NCBI GenBank assembly: GCA_016934535.1
Contig: JAFGSQ010000016.1
Location: 1-64,000 of the forward strand
Origin: a candidate division WOR-3 bacterium
GTDB lineage: Bacteria > SDB-A
Direction of reading: 5' to 3'
Length of the DNA: 64,000 nucleotides
This document shows, piece by piece, positions 47,423 through 57,214 of the stretch; within the stretch, counting starts at the first letter, position 1, and each line of letters opens with the position of its first letter. The translations under genes and the position numbers were made by a program. The notes under the pieces are model-generated. The model saw only the letters and a program-made list of their open reading frames with translations. It did no database searches and had not been told where the DNA came from.

Positions 47423-47832
47423 AAATCAGCACGAATTTGCTAATCCTGATTGCTATGACATCTGTCGTATCCTGCAGCAAAGATCCCCTCTCACCGCACA
47501 GCAAACCTGTAGCCGTCCTCAACGTAAGACCTGAGACGGCCTATATTTCGAATGCTGTTTTCACGATAGACGCTGAAGGAAGCAGTTGTTCGGGAGTACC
47601 GGCCGCGGACTTGTGGGCGAGAATATCCTGGAATTTCGACCGGGATCCTGATTCGATCCTCTGGGAAAACTGGACAAGTTTGCACAGTATTCTTACATCG
47701 CCTCCGTCAATCTCCTATTCGCTCGACACGAATCAGTCGTTTCCGCTAGTTAAAATAATCGCTCTCGAAGTAGCCAATCCAAACGGTGTTTCTGACACTG
47801 CCGTCGACACCGTCATCATTCTCAAAAACTGA
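47419..47832 (+). CDS. Lipoprotein with PKD-like domain
   Basis: Lipobox VVS-C; 'PVA', 'DA.GS', 'WNFD', 'LEV....G.SDT' pattern. Confidence 0.55.
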   Translation: MKISTNLLILIAMTSVVSCSKDPLSPHSKPVAVLNVRPETAYISNAVFTIDAEGSSCSGVPAADLWARISWNFDRDPDSILWENWTSLHSILTSPPSISYSLDTNQSFPLVKIIALEVANPNGVSDTAVDTVIILKN

Positions 47833-47842
47833 AACAGCAGAT

Positions 47843-48742
47843 ATGAATTTAGTTAAAGTAGGCGGACAAGCGATTCTGGAAGGCGTGATGATGATCACTC
47901 CTAAGAGCTGGTCGCTTTCGGTACGTCAGGACGACGACACCATAGTGACAAAAAAATGGAACCGAAAATCCTTCCTCGAAAAACATTTTTTACTAAGACT
48001 GCCGCTCGTGAGAGGTTTCGTGGTTCTCTTTGAGACAGTTTTTCTCGGATACAAAGCCCTCGAAATGTCGTCTCAGATACTAATGAAGGACCAGAAGAAA
48101 ACCTGGAAAGATGATTTAATCATGATACTCTCGCTTTTAGCCGCGATTCTCGTATTTTTCAGTCTTCCTCTTCTCGCGTCGAAATACATTTTCCCGGGAA
48201 TTTACAAAGACAATCAGTTTCTTCTGAATCTTATCGTCGGATCATTCAGACTGACATTTTTTATACTGTATGTTGTAGCAATTTCGTTCTTGAAAGACGT
48301 CAGAAGAGTCTTTGAGTATCACGGAGCGGAGCACAAAGCAATATACTGTTACGAATCCGGACATGATCTCACTCCTGAAAACGCATTGACGTACAACAAG
48401 GAACATCCGAGATGCGGCACAAGCCTGATCCTGGTCACGGTAGTTCTCGCAATCATTATCAGCGCTCTTTTCGACACCATCATATTTAATCGTTTTCATT
48501 TTTCAAACACCCCGCTGAACAGGACGCTGGTTCATCTTTTTTACATTCCCTTCATAGCCGGTTTGGCTTACGAATTCAACAGACTCGGATCAAAACACGC
48601 AAACAATCCTTTTTTTAGAATACTTGTCTATCCCGGACTGCTGATGCAGAAACTGACGACAAAGCAGCCGGATTGCAAACAAATGGAAGTGAGCATATCT
48701 GCTCTGAAAGCTTCCGTAGAAGAATCCGGCAATGCTTCCTGA
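47843..48742 (+). CDS. DUF1385 (YqhQ-like) membrane protein
   Basis: GGQAILEGVMM, RVFEYHGAEHK, HPRCGTS, Q.LTT..P; commonly next to prfA/prmC. Confidence 0.9.
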   Translation: MNLVKVGGQAILEGVMMITPKSWSLSVRQDDDTIVTKKWNRKSFLEKHFLLRLPLVRGFVVLFETVFLGYKALEMSSQILMKDQKKTWKDDLIMILSLLAAILVFFSLPLLASKYIFPGIYKDNQFLLNLIVGSFRLTFFILYVVAISFLKDVRRVFEYHGAEHKAIYCYESGHDLTPENALTYNKEHPRCGTSLILVTVVLAIIISALFDTIIFNRFHFSNTPLNRTLVHLFYIPFIAGLAYEFNRLGSKHANNPFFRILVYPGLLMQKLTTKQPDCKQMEVSISALKASVEESGNAS

Positions 48743-49823
48743 AAACATAAAACTCACCGAATTTATTGAAAAGGCGAGATCCAAACATCTTGTCATAAAT
48801 GACGAAATATCGGACCCTGCGATTTTCTCGAATCAGAAAAAATATCTCCGCCTTCTCAAAGAAAAATCCGAACTTGATCCAATAATATATTTAAACGATG
48901 AGATAAACGATTTAAAGAAAAAACTCTCGGATGTAACCCGGATCATATCTTCAGAAAATGACGAAGAAATTCTGGCGCTCGCACGAACCGAGGAAAAAGA
49001 ATTGCAAGATTCAATAAAAAGAAAAACCGAAGAATTAATGATTTGTCTTGTCCCGAAAGATCCCCTCGACTCCAGAAACATCATAGTTGAATTGAGACCG
49101 GCGGCAGGAGGTGAAGAAGCGGCTCTTTTCGCCGGCGACATGTTCAGGATGTATCAGAGATTTTCTGAATTGAATTCCTGGAAATTCGACTTGATAGACA
49201 TACACAAAAGCGAGCTCGGAGGCGTCAAAGACTGCGTATTTTCCGTTTCCGGAAAAGACGTGTTCAGAAAAATGAAATTCGAATCCGGAGTTCACAGGGT
49301 TCAGCGCGTACCTGCGACCGAATCAGGCGGCCGAATTCACACTTCGACAATTACTGTCGCCATACTTCCCGAACCCGAAGAAGTCGAAATTCAGATCGAC
49401 CCGAAAGATATAAAAATGGATTTTTTCCACGCGTCCGGACCGGGAGGCCAGAATGTAAACAAACTTTCCACGGCGGTAAGACTGACGCACATTCCAACGG
49501 GTCTGGCTGTTGTTTGTCAGGACGAAAGGAGCCAGATAAAAAACAGGGAAAAAGCCTACAAAGTTCTCAAGGCCCGGATATATGATATAAAACTGAACGA
49601 AGAAACAGAAAAAATTTCCAGTCAGAGAAAAGCGCAGGTCGGAACCGGCGACAGAAGTGAAAGAATACGGACATATAATTTCCCTCAGAAAAGAGTCACC
49701 GACCACAGGATCAATTTCTCCATACACAGACTTGAAGAGGTTCTCGACGGAGATCTCGACCCCGTTATATCAATGCTTCTCGAAGACGAGCAAAACAGAA
49801 AAATAATGTCTATAGGTCTTTGA
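48732..49823 (+). CDS. prfA: Peptide chain release factor 1
   Basis: GGEEA, VHRVQRVPATE (PxT), GPGGQNVN, RSERIRTYN. Confidence 0.97.
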   Translation: MLPENIKLTEFIEKARSKHLVINDEISDPAIFSNQKKYLRLLKEKSELDPIIYLNDEINDLKKKLSDVTRIISSENDEEILALARTEEKELQDSIKRKTEELMICLVPKDPLDSRNIIVELRPAAGGEEAALFAGDMFRMYQRFSELNSWKFDLIDIHKSELGGVKDCVFSVSGKDVFRKMKFESGVHRVQRVPATESGGRIHTSTITVAILPEPEEVEIQIDPKDIKMDFFHASGPGGQNVNKLSTAVRLTHIPTGLAVVCQDERSQIKNREKAYKVLKARIYDIKLNEETEKISSQRKAQVGTGDRSERIRTYNFPQKRVTDHRINFSIHRLEEVLDGDLDPVISMLLEDEQNRKIMSIGL

Positions 49824-49829
49824 TAAGAG

Positions 49830-50678
49830 ATGAGAAATATTGCTGATTTAATTGAAGACGGATCCGCGAAACTCCAATCGGAAGGAATTGAAAACTTTTT
49901 AGACGAAGCATATTACCTCCTGTCTCACGCTTCGGGTATGAGCATAGACGAATTGCTTAAAAACAGTGAAAAATGTATAAAAGAATCCGGAACTCTCTTG
50001 TACTATGAATATTTGAAAAAAAGAGTCCAGAAAATTCCGAGACAATACATTACGGGAACCGAAAAATTTTTCGGTTTAAACATCAAAGTCGGTCCCGGGG
50101 TATTTATACCGAGACCGGAAACGGAAATTCTCGCAATAACGGCAGAAAAGTTTTTAAAGGATAAAAAAGGGAAAGTAATCGAATGCTTCTCCGGCTCGGG
50201 CGCCGTGTCTTTGTGCTTATCAAAACACTTGCCCTTTGCCGAGATAATTTCGATTGAGATATCCTCTGAAGCGGTCAAATGGCAGAAAAGAAACCTTTTG
50301 TCACACGGGAACCTGTCACAAAAAATTTCGCTCGTAAGAGCCGACACTTTACAATCATTGAGACCTGGAAACGACATTATCGCCGTCGTAGCCAATCCCC
50401 CCTACGTCCCTTATCCGGAACTCGCCGGACTCGATCCGGAAATTATTGAAAACGAACCTGAATCTGCATTAAACGGAGGATTTGACGGACTGGAACAGTT
50501 CAGAAATCTGTCGGAGCAGGCGCAGGAGATTCTTCCCGACGGATCATTTTTATTCTCTGAAATCGGAGAGGATCAGTTCGACAGAGCCAGGAGAATACTG
50601 TACGGAAATGGTTTCCGTTCTGTTCACGGAGAAAAAGACTTATCGGGAATAACAAGAATCGTTATCGCCAGTAAATAA
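49830..50678 (+). CDS. prmC: Release factor glutamine methyltransferase
   Basis: IPRPETE, GSGAV, ANPPY, EIG..Q, DLSG..R; follows prfA. Confidence 0.94.
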   Translation: MRNIADLIEDGSAKLQSEGIENFLDEAYYLLSHASGMSIDELLKNSEKCIKESGTLLYYEYLKKRVQKIPRQYITGTEKFFGLNIKVGPGVFIPRPETEILAITAEKFLKDKKGKVIECFSGSGAVSLCLSKHLPFAEIISIEISSEAVKWQKRNLLSHGNLSQKISLVRADTLQSLRPGNDIIAVVANPPYVPYPELAGLDPEIIENEPESALNGGFDGLEQFRNLSEQAQEILPDGSFLFSEIGEDQFDRARRILYGNGFRSVHGEKDLSGITRIVIASK

Positions 50679-50696
50679 AGGCGGAAAGAGGATGGA

Positions 50697-51548
50697 ATGG
50701 ACTTCAAATTCGTCAGAATTCTAGCCAACCCAAATAAGGATTACGCTCCGGTCATGAAGAAAATCATTTCTTTTCTCTCAAAAAGGGGTGTAACGACATT
50801 CTTCGGTGAAATCCCGAACGATGAAGAGGACCTCGTGATTTCCCTCGGCGGCGACGGGACCATGCTCAAAGCCGCCAAGACAGTCCGGCACAAAGACATC
50901 CCCCTGCTCGGCATCAATCTCGGAAATCTCGGTTTTCTTGCCGACATTAAAGCGCAGGACACTGACCTTTCTCTCGAAGAACTCGCAAGAGGAGATTACA
51001 GACTCGAAAGAAGGATCAATCTAAGAGTAGACGGCACTTCTGATGCTCTGAACGATGTAGTGGTAATGCCGAGGATGTCGTTCAGGGTCATTCACCTTCT
51101 TTCGTTCGTCAACGGTAACTTCCTGACTGAAATAGTCGGTGACGGGGTTATAATTTCCACTCCTACGGGCTCAACGGCTTATTCGCTTTCCGCAGGAGGT
51201 CCGATAGTTCAGTCCGACATGGACCTTATAATCATAAATTCAATATCCCCCCATTCTCTTTCCCTGCGTCCGATCATTATTCCTCCGGACTCAAAAGTAA
51301 AAATTACCCTTTGCAGTGAATCCGCTTTTGTAGCGATAGACGGTCAAACAGCAAAAAACATTTCGAAGGGCGATGAAATTGAAATCGCGAAATCTGATTC
51401 TTACACAACTCTTCTCAGACTCAAAAGCGTCGACTATTTTTCGACTCTCCGCTCGAAACTGAAGCTCGGAGACACGAAAATGAAAACGAGCTGCGGCGGC
51501 TGTAAGAACAGTTCCAAATGCTATTATTTCAGCATACACGATGATTAA
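50697..51548 (+). CDS. nadK: NAD(+) kinase
   Basis: GGDGT, GINLGNLGFL, ALND, STPTGSTAYSLSAGGP, IDG; precedes recN. Confidence 0.95.
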   Translation: MDFKFVRILANPNKDYAPVMKKIISFLSKRGVTTFFGEIPNDEEDLVISLGGDGTMLKAAKTVRHKDIPLLGINLGNLGFLADIKAQDTDLSLEELARGDYRLERRINLRVDGTSDALNDVVVMPRMSFRVIHLLSFVNGNFLTEIVGDGVIISTPTGSTAYSLSAGGPIVQSDMDLIIINSISPHSLSLRPIIIPPDSKVKITLCSESAFVAIDGQTAKNISKGDEIEIAKSDSYTTLLRLKSVDYFSTLRSKLKLGDTKMKTSCGGCKNSSKCYYFSIHDD

Positions 51549-53181
51549 ATCCATAAACATAAAAAACGTGGCGACCATAAAAAATGCCGAAATTCATTTC
51601 GACAAGGGTCTCAATATCATCACCGGAGAAACAGGTGCCGGAAAATCGTTGATTTTCGACGCGATCTCTCTTTCTCTGGGACATGAAAGTGACAGAAGAT
51701 CTTTCAGATCAGACGCCGCACCTCCTGAAATAAAGACAATTTTGACGGACAACTCGGGAAAAGAGATCTTCCTGGAAATAAAAATTCAGAGAAAAGGCAG
51801 GCCGCCCAGAACTATAGACGGTGAAAAATCCGGCGTAGAACGAGTCAGATCAGTCTCGTCGCAGACAGTTATGATGTTCGGCCAGAACAGAATTTCGGAA
51901 CTTCTTAGGCCGGAATTTTTTCACGAATATCTCGACAATTTTTCAGAAAACGACGCCATATTCAGCGCCTATAAAGAATTTTTCGATAGATACCGTATTC
52001 AGATTAAAGAACTCTCAAGGCTTGAAAAAGAAAAACTGGCAGGAGATGAGAGGAAAAGACTCGCGGAATATGAGCTCAAGGAATTGAACGACCTGGATAT
52101 AAAAAGCGGCGAATGGGAAGACATCAATTCTTCCATAAAAAAAATTGAGAATTACGAGAAGATCAAAACTCATCTTCTGAACTGCGAGGATCTGGTTTGC
52201 TCGTCTGAAAACGGTGTGTTTTCAACGATAAAAAAACTCCACAATGAAGCCGTTCAGCTCTCAAGAATAGATACCTCTTACGATGAGCTGAACAGCCTGA
52301 TAGAACAGCTTTCTTTGGCAAGAGAGGAAATAGAAAGAGTTTTAACAAAGATGTCTGATTTCGAATACGATTCCAAAAAGCTGGGCTCCCTGAGAGAACG
52401 CCGGGATCTACTTCATACAGCAATGAGAAAATTCGGCGGTACTTTTGAAAACATGATAAACCGCAGAACAGAACTGCAGGATATTCTCTCCGCTTCTTCA
52501 GTCTCAGAAGAAACGATCCGTCAAGCGAAAGAAGCTTTGTCATATTTGGAAAAAAAAGTATATGATCTTTCCTCCGCCTTGAGCGAGAGAAGGAAAAAGT
52601 CTTCTTTAAAACTGACAAATCAAATATGCGAAATGCTGGAAAGCCTCGGCTTCAAAGGAGCCAGGTTCAAAGTCGAAATCAACGAAAAAAAATCCGGCGA
52701 TCACAGAATCGAAGATGTTTTCCTGGACGAAACCGGCAGAGACGAAGTCGAATTCCTGTTTTCCGCAAATCCGGATCTCAAAATGGACACTCTTTCCAAA
52801 GTTGTCTCCGGAGGAGAACTTTCGAGGATCGCTCTGGCTATTCAAGCGACAACTATGCAGCAGAGGCTTCTCCCCGTCATTGTGTTCGATGAAATAGACA
52901 TCGGCATTTCCGGCAAAACAGCAAGGTCGGTCGGAAAGTACCTTCACGACATGTCTCGTCAGCGGCAGGTCATCGTCATAACGCATCTCCCGCAGATAGC
53001 ATCGTTCGCAGATCATTACATCGTAGTCAACAAAAATGTTTCAGGCGGATCATCCGAAACCGCGATAACATACGCAAACGAATCTATCGAACGTGTAAAA
53101 GCCGTCGCGGCACTTGCAAGCGGCAAGACCGTGACAAAAGAAGCTCTCGATTACGCGCAAAGCCTCATTAATTCAAAATAA
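51541..53181 (+). CDS. recN: DNA repair protein RecN
   Basis: TGETGAGKS, coiled coil, SGGELSR, FDEID.GISG, ITHLPQIA. Confidence 0.95.
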   Translation: MIKSINIKNVATIKNAEIHFDKGLNIITGETGAGKSLIFDAISLSLGHESDRRSFRSDAAPPEIKTILTDNSGKEIFLEIKIQRKGRPPRTIDGEKSGVERVRSVSSQTVMMFGQNRISELLRPEFFHEYLDNFSENDAIFSAYKEFFDRYRIQIKELSRLEKEKLAGDERKRLAEYELKELNDLDIKSGEWEDINSSIKKIENYEKIKTHLLNCEDLVCSSENGVFSTIKKLHNEAVQLSRIDTSYDELNSLIEQLSLAREEIERVLTKMSDFEYDSKKLGSLRERRDLLHTAMRKFGGTFENMINRRTELQDILSASSVSEETIRQAKEALSYLEKKVYDLSSALSERRKKSSLKLTNQICEMLESLGFKGARFKVEINEKKSGDHRIEDVFLDETGRDEVEFLFSANPDLKMDTLSKVVSGGELSRIALAIQATTMQQRLLPVIVFDEIDIGISGKTARSVGKYLHDMSRQRQVIVITHLPQIASFADHYIVVNKNVSGGSSETAITYANESIERVKAVAALASGKTVTKEALDYAQSLINSK

Positions 53182-53200
53182 AACGCAAAGGAGGCATATT

Positions 53201-53689
53201 ATGGAAATTTCTGCGGTTGAAATTGAGAACGGAAAAGGTTTCAATTTAGTTATCGGGTCCTCTCATTTCATAATGACTCCGGAAGATATAGCCGAAGCGA
53301 TCCTGAAAGCCGTCCCTGCAGTGAAGTATGCCGTCTCGTTTTGCGAGGCTTCGGATCCGGCTTTAATCAGGTCCGAAAGCAACGATGAAGAACTGCTCGA
53401 TCTTTCGCAGCGAAACGCAATGGCGGTGGGAGCAGGCCATTCTTTCATAATTTTCGTCAAAGACTGCTATCCAATAAATTTTTTAAATTCACTGAAAAAC
53501 CTGCCCGAGATAACAAACATATACTGCGCAACTGCAAATCCTGTTCACGTTATTGTCGCATCAGCCGGCAAAGGAAAGGCCATCATCGGAGTCGCCGATG
53601 GAAATTCACCGAAAGGTTTTGAAAACAATGAAGAAAGAAAGAAGAGATTCGAATTTCTGAGAAAAATCGGCTACAAACTTTCTTTCTGA
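53201..53689 (+). CDS. Adenosine-specific kinase family protein (DUF355)
   Basis: SHFI.T.ED, FCEAS, GAGHSF, YPIN, CATANP, GV.DG.SP.G.E, FLRKIGYK. Confidence 0.85.
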   Translation: MEISAVEIENGKGFNLVIGSSHFIMTPEDIAEAILKAVPAVKYAVSFCEASDPALIRSESNDEELLDLSQRNAMAVGAGHSFIIFVKDCYPINFLNSLKNLPEITNIYCATANPVHVIVASAGKGKAIIGVADGNSPKGFENNEERKKRFEFLRKIGYKLSF

Positions 53690-53785
53690 CGAAACAGCTG
53701 TCCTTCCACTTTCTTTGCGTGTAAAATACATTTTTATTGAAATATATTTTAAAGTAGAATTCATACTGTAAAAAAGGAGGATCGA

Positions 53786-55207
53786 ATGAATTTTTTACTT
53801 TTAATAGCATTGACGTCATTGACGGTTAATCAGCTTCCCGTTGGCGGACCCGGAACATATTCCATTAAGGACGAACCCCTGTATTTCTCCTTCGAGGCTC
53901 AAAGAAGCGGGTATCTTTCAGTCGTCGTCAAAGCGTCTGACGATAATACTGATCTCACTTTAACCGGCAGAGGCCCCAACACTTATTTCCTCGATATGTC
54001 TCCTGCCGTTGTCGACATAGACGCCGGAGGCAACACGGGTACTGAACAGGCGGTTTTTACCATACAATCGCCGGGAACTTATTATTTAATAGTCAATCCA
54101 TATTCTGCCCTTACTGAAGAAAAAAATTTCGAAGTTCTCGCCTGGTTTTATGAAACCGGCGAACTTATTGAAACCTCCGGCATGATAACAGTCGCGGAAA
54201 GAAATATAAACGATATGGAAAATTTGTCGGGGAATCTCAATCTTTCAGAACCAATCCAGATATTCATCCCTCAAAACTACGACGCGTCGTCAAATTTGAT
54301 ATATGTCAGAGCAGAAGCCAGCGAAGACATAATGCTCGAATTATATTCCCCGGAAAATCCTCTTTCTTACATACTGCAATCCGATTACGATCTTGAAGGA
54401 AATCTCGGCATAGAGGAATTGCTATATTATTCAGGAAAGGAAAAACCTCTGATCGTCGTAAGACCTTATCAGATAACTGACACGACAGAAATTTTTTTCA
54501 ACGTATATTTTGAAACAGTCCCCGAAGACGACAAGCTTACCCTTTCATCAAACAAAGCTGTTGACGAATCATTCATAGACCCGGACAATAACGCGCTGTC
54601 ATATGTTTACAGCGTTTCTATCCCCGAAGACGGCCTTTCGGAAGTAAATCTTTCCTCCGACGACGCCGATCTGGTTCTCATGGCCTTCTCTGATGACACC
54701 ATGTATTATTCCGACAACGATTTTGACGGAAATACAGGCCATGAAAAACTTATTCTTCCGGGAGGAAAATATTACATCGTAGTCACAAACAATCCGAATT
54801 CAAGACAATACTCTGATTTCACGATTGAGGTACTTCATCATCAGGACAGAGATGCCTCCCGCACTAATGCGACAACCTTAAAACTCGGAGTCCGCAGCAA
54901 CGGAGACTTGTCTTACGGGAACTTCGATTTTCAGGATTATTTTGTTTTCACTGCCGATCAAAAAGCGACGTACACTTTTGAAGTTCAGGGACTTACCGGT
55001 GAAGGCGACCTGATAATGGCCGTCGAAGCTTCCGATGGAGAATCACTCCTTTATTCAGACATCGACAACAACGGAGACCCTACTAACGAAATCTGCACGA
55101 TCGAACTTGACAGAGGGCAGAAAGTATATGTAAAAATTTATCCGTACTCGGATTATGACGGTGTCTTCACGGACTGCGGATACTTTTTAATTGTAACGAT
55201 GGAATGA
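53786..55207 (+). CDS. Exported acidic protein of four PPC-like (pre-peptidase C-terminal) beta domains
   Basis: Short signal peptide; four 'DL/DI...D.D..GN...E....G.YY' repeats; AGGAGG SD. Confidence 0.65.
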   Translation: MNFLLLIALTSLTVNQLPVGGPGTYSIKDEPLYFSFEAQRSGYLSVVVKASDDNTDLTLTGRGPNTYFLDMSPAVVDIDAGGNTGTEQAVFTIQSPGTYYLIVNPYSALTEEKNFEVLAWFYETGELIETSGMITVAERNINDMENLSGNLNLSEPIQIFIPQNYDASSNLIYVRAEASEDIMLELYSPENPLSYILQSDYDLEGNLGIEELLYYSGKEKPLIVVRPYQITDTTEIFFNVYFETVPEDDKLTLSSNKAVDESFIDPDNNALSYVYSVSIPEDGLSEVNLSSDDADLVLMAFSDDTMYYSDNDFDGNTGHEKLILPGGKYYIVVTNNPNSRQYSDFTIEVLHHQDRDASRTNATTLKLGVRSNGDLSYGNFDFQDYFVFTADQKATYTFEVQGLTGEGDLIMAVEASDGESLLYSDIDNNGDPTNEICTIELDRGQKVYVKIYPYSDYDGVFTDCGYFLIVTME

Positions 55208-55215
55208 ATTCGAAA

Positions 55216-55288
55216 GGGGCAGTAGCTCAGATGGAAGAGCGCCTCCCTCGCACGGAGGAGGCCGGCGGTTCGAATCCGCTCTGCTCCA
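55216..55288 (+). tRNA. tRNA-Ala(CGC), CCA not encoded
   Basis: Acceptor GGGGCAG/CTGCTCC with G3:U70, discriminator A; D arm AGCTCAG; anticodon stem CCTCC/GGAGG with loop CT-CGC-AC; T loop GGTTCGAATCC. Confidence 0.96.
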
Positions 55289-55329
55289 TTTTTTTCCCTG
55301 ATCGAATCGAATTCCGAATAATTATAAAA

Positions 55330-55427
55330 GCGGCCGGCCTTTCCGTAGGATGTGCCGGAGAACTCCGCCAGGGCTGGAAGGCAGCAACGGTATCCAGAGC
55401 ACTCCTGTCGGGAACAAAGCTGGCCGC
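55330..55427 (+). ncRNA. ffs: Small signal recognition particle RNA (4.5S)
   Basis: Terminal helix GCGGCCGGC/GCTGGCCGC; domain IV CCGCCAGGGCTGGAAGGCAGCAACGG with GGAA loop; classic position before dnaX. Confidence 0.93.
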
Positions 55428-55445
55428 TTAAAAAAAGGAACGGGG

Positions 55446-56885
55446 ATGAGCGATGATTATCTGATTCTGGCGAGAAGGCTGAGACCCGCTGATTTTGAAG
55501 GTTTGATAGGTCAAAAACACGTCGTTGAGACCCTTAAAAGCGCTCTCGACAAAGGCAAAGTGGCGCAGGCATATCTTTTCGCAGGACCGAGAGGAGTAGG
55601 CAAAACAACTGCTGCAAGAGTCCTGTCAAAAGCCATAAATTGTGAAAAGGGTGTTTCTTCGAAACCGTGCAATGAGTGCATGCCCTGCAAGGCTATATCT
55701 GAATCTCGTTTTCAGGACGTCATAGAAATAGACGGCGCTTCAAACAGAGGAGTCGACGACATAAGATCTATCAGGGAAAATCTTTTGTATACGCCTTCAT
55801 CGCGGGAAAGAATTTACATAATCGACGAAGTTCACATGCTGACAAAAGAAGCTTTCAACGCGCTTTTGAAAACTCTCGAAGAACCTCCCCCCTGCACAAG
55901 ATTCATTTTCGCCACTACAGAACCTGAGAAAGTTCCTCAAACTATAATCTCGAGATGTCAAAGATTCGACTTCAAATTGGTCGGCGACAAAACCATCTTC
56001 GATCATCTTAGAAATATTTGCGACAAAGAATCCATAAAGATTTCAGATGAAGCTCTCAAAATCGTAGTTCGGAAAGCACAAGGTTCGGTCAGGGATTCTC
56101 TGAGCCTTCTCGATCAGATTTCGGTTTATTCCGACATCGACGAATCAAAAGCACGCGAGATACTTGGTGAAGTTGATTTCAGTCGCATCGAAAAAATAAT
56201 CGAGGCGGTTTCAGCCAACGACGTCAAAAAAACCCTTTCCCTTTGCGGCAATATAATTGAAGAAGGATACCAGCCCTTTGACATCGCGCATTCTCTGGCT
56301 CTTGTTCTTTACGAATCTCTCAAAGAAAATTCGCAATACCGGAACATATCAGCCAAACTTGGAGTGGACAGAACCATCAGAGCCCTCGACCTTCTTTCCT
56401 CATTTATCGACGAAAATTCCAAACTGTCGCCGAAAATACGTTTCGAAATACTAGTCGCCAGGATTTCGAGAATGGTTGACACTCGCAGCATCAAAGATCT
56501 CATCCTTAAAATAGAAAAAGAGGAAAAACTCACGACGATTCCTGAAAAACATGAATTTGCCGAACCGGAAAATCAAAACGGCCGATGGGAAGAAATGCTG
56601 TCTTTGATAAGGTCTGAGAACACCGTTGTTTACCATTATCTGGTCAATTCATCAGCCGCGATTGAAAACGATTCACTAGTAATAACTTTACCTAATCCCG
56701 GTTTCATTAAACTTCTTCAGAATAAAAAAAATTCGTCGGTCCTGCATAACGCCGCGCTTAAAATTTGGGGTAAAAACATCAAGATAAATTTCGCATCAAG
56801 CCCGAATGAACCCGACGCAAACAACGACGAAAATGTAAAAAAGCTGAAAAGCCTTTTCGGCGGTGAGGTGATCGAGATTAACTGA
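55446..56885 (+). CDS. dnaX: DNA polymerase III subunit gamma/tau
   Basis: Start MSDDYL at 55446; GPRGVGKTT, Cys zinc cluster, IIDEVHML, LLKTLEEPP, SRC. Confidence 0.96.
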   Translation: MSDDYLILARRLRPADFEGLIGQKHVVETLKSALDKGKVAQAYLFAGPRGVGKTTAARVLSKAINCEKGVSSKPCNECMPCKAISESRFQDVIEIDGASNRGVDDIRSIRENLLYTPSSRERIYIIDEVHMLTKEAFNALLKTLEEPPPCTRFIFATTEPEKVPQTIISRCQRFDFKLVGDKTIFDHLRNICDKESIKISDEALKIVVRKAQGSVRDSLSLLDQISVYSDIDESKAREILGEVDFSRIEKIIEAVSANDVKKTLSLCGNIIEEGYQPFDIAHSLALVLYESLKENSQYRNISAKLGVDRTIRALDLLSSFIDENSKLSPKIRFEILVARISRMVDTRSIKDLILKIEKEEKLTTIPEKHEFAEPENQNGRWEEMLSLIRSENTVVYHYLVNSSAAIENDSLVITLPNPGFIKLLQNKKNSSVLHNAALKIWGKNIKINFASSPNEPDANNDENVKKLKSLFGGEVIEIN

Positions 56886-56896
56886 AAGAGAAAAAT

Positions 56897-57214
56897 ATGC
56901 AGAATTTTGATAAAATAATAAAACAAGCGCAAATAATGAAATCCGAAATTGACAGGATTCAAAAAGAGCTTGCATCAGAAAAATTTGAGGGAGAATCCGG
57001 CGGAGGGATGGTAAAAACCATCGTGAACGGCACTTTTGATCTTCTGTCCGTAAAGATAGAAAAGGAAATCCTCGCTTCCGATGACGCAGAAATGCTTGAA
57101 GACCTCATTGTGGCAGCTTTCTGCGCGGCTCAGAAGAAAGCAAAAATTGCCGCGCAGGAAAAAATGAAAAATGTTTCCGGACCCTTCGATTTTCCCGGAG
57201 TTTCGTTTAATTGA
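56897..57214 (+). CDS. ybaB: Nucleoid-associated protein YbaB/EbfC
   Basis: GESGGGMV, D.EMLEDLIVAA; between dnaX and recR. Confidence 0.94.
   Translation: MQNFDKIIKQAQIMKSEIDRIQKELASEKFEGESGGGMVKTIVNGTFDLLSVKIEKEILASDDAEMLEDLIVAAFCAAQKKAKIAAQEKMKNVSGPFDFPGVSFN

Noticed and set aside
55204..55445. 75-aa ORF and the 32-aa N-terminal extension of dnaX in the ORF track
   Set aside because: They overlap the tRNA and SRP RNA; dnaX homology begins at ATG 55446.
56500..56740. Programmed frameshift or slippage site in dnaX
   Set aside because: Only an A8 run near 56724 with no evident stimulatory hairpin or internal SD; A-runs are common throughout this window.
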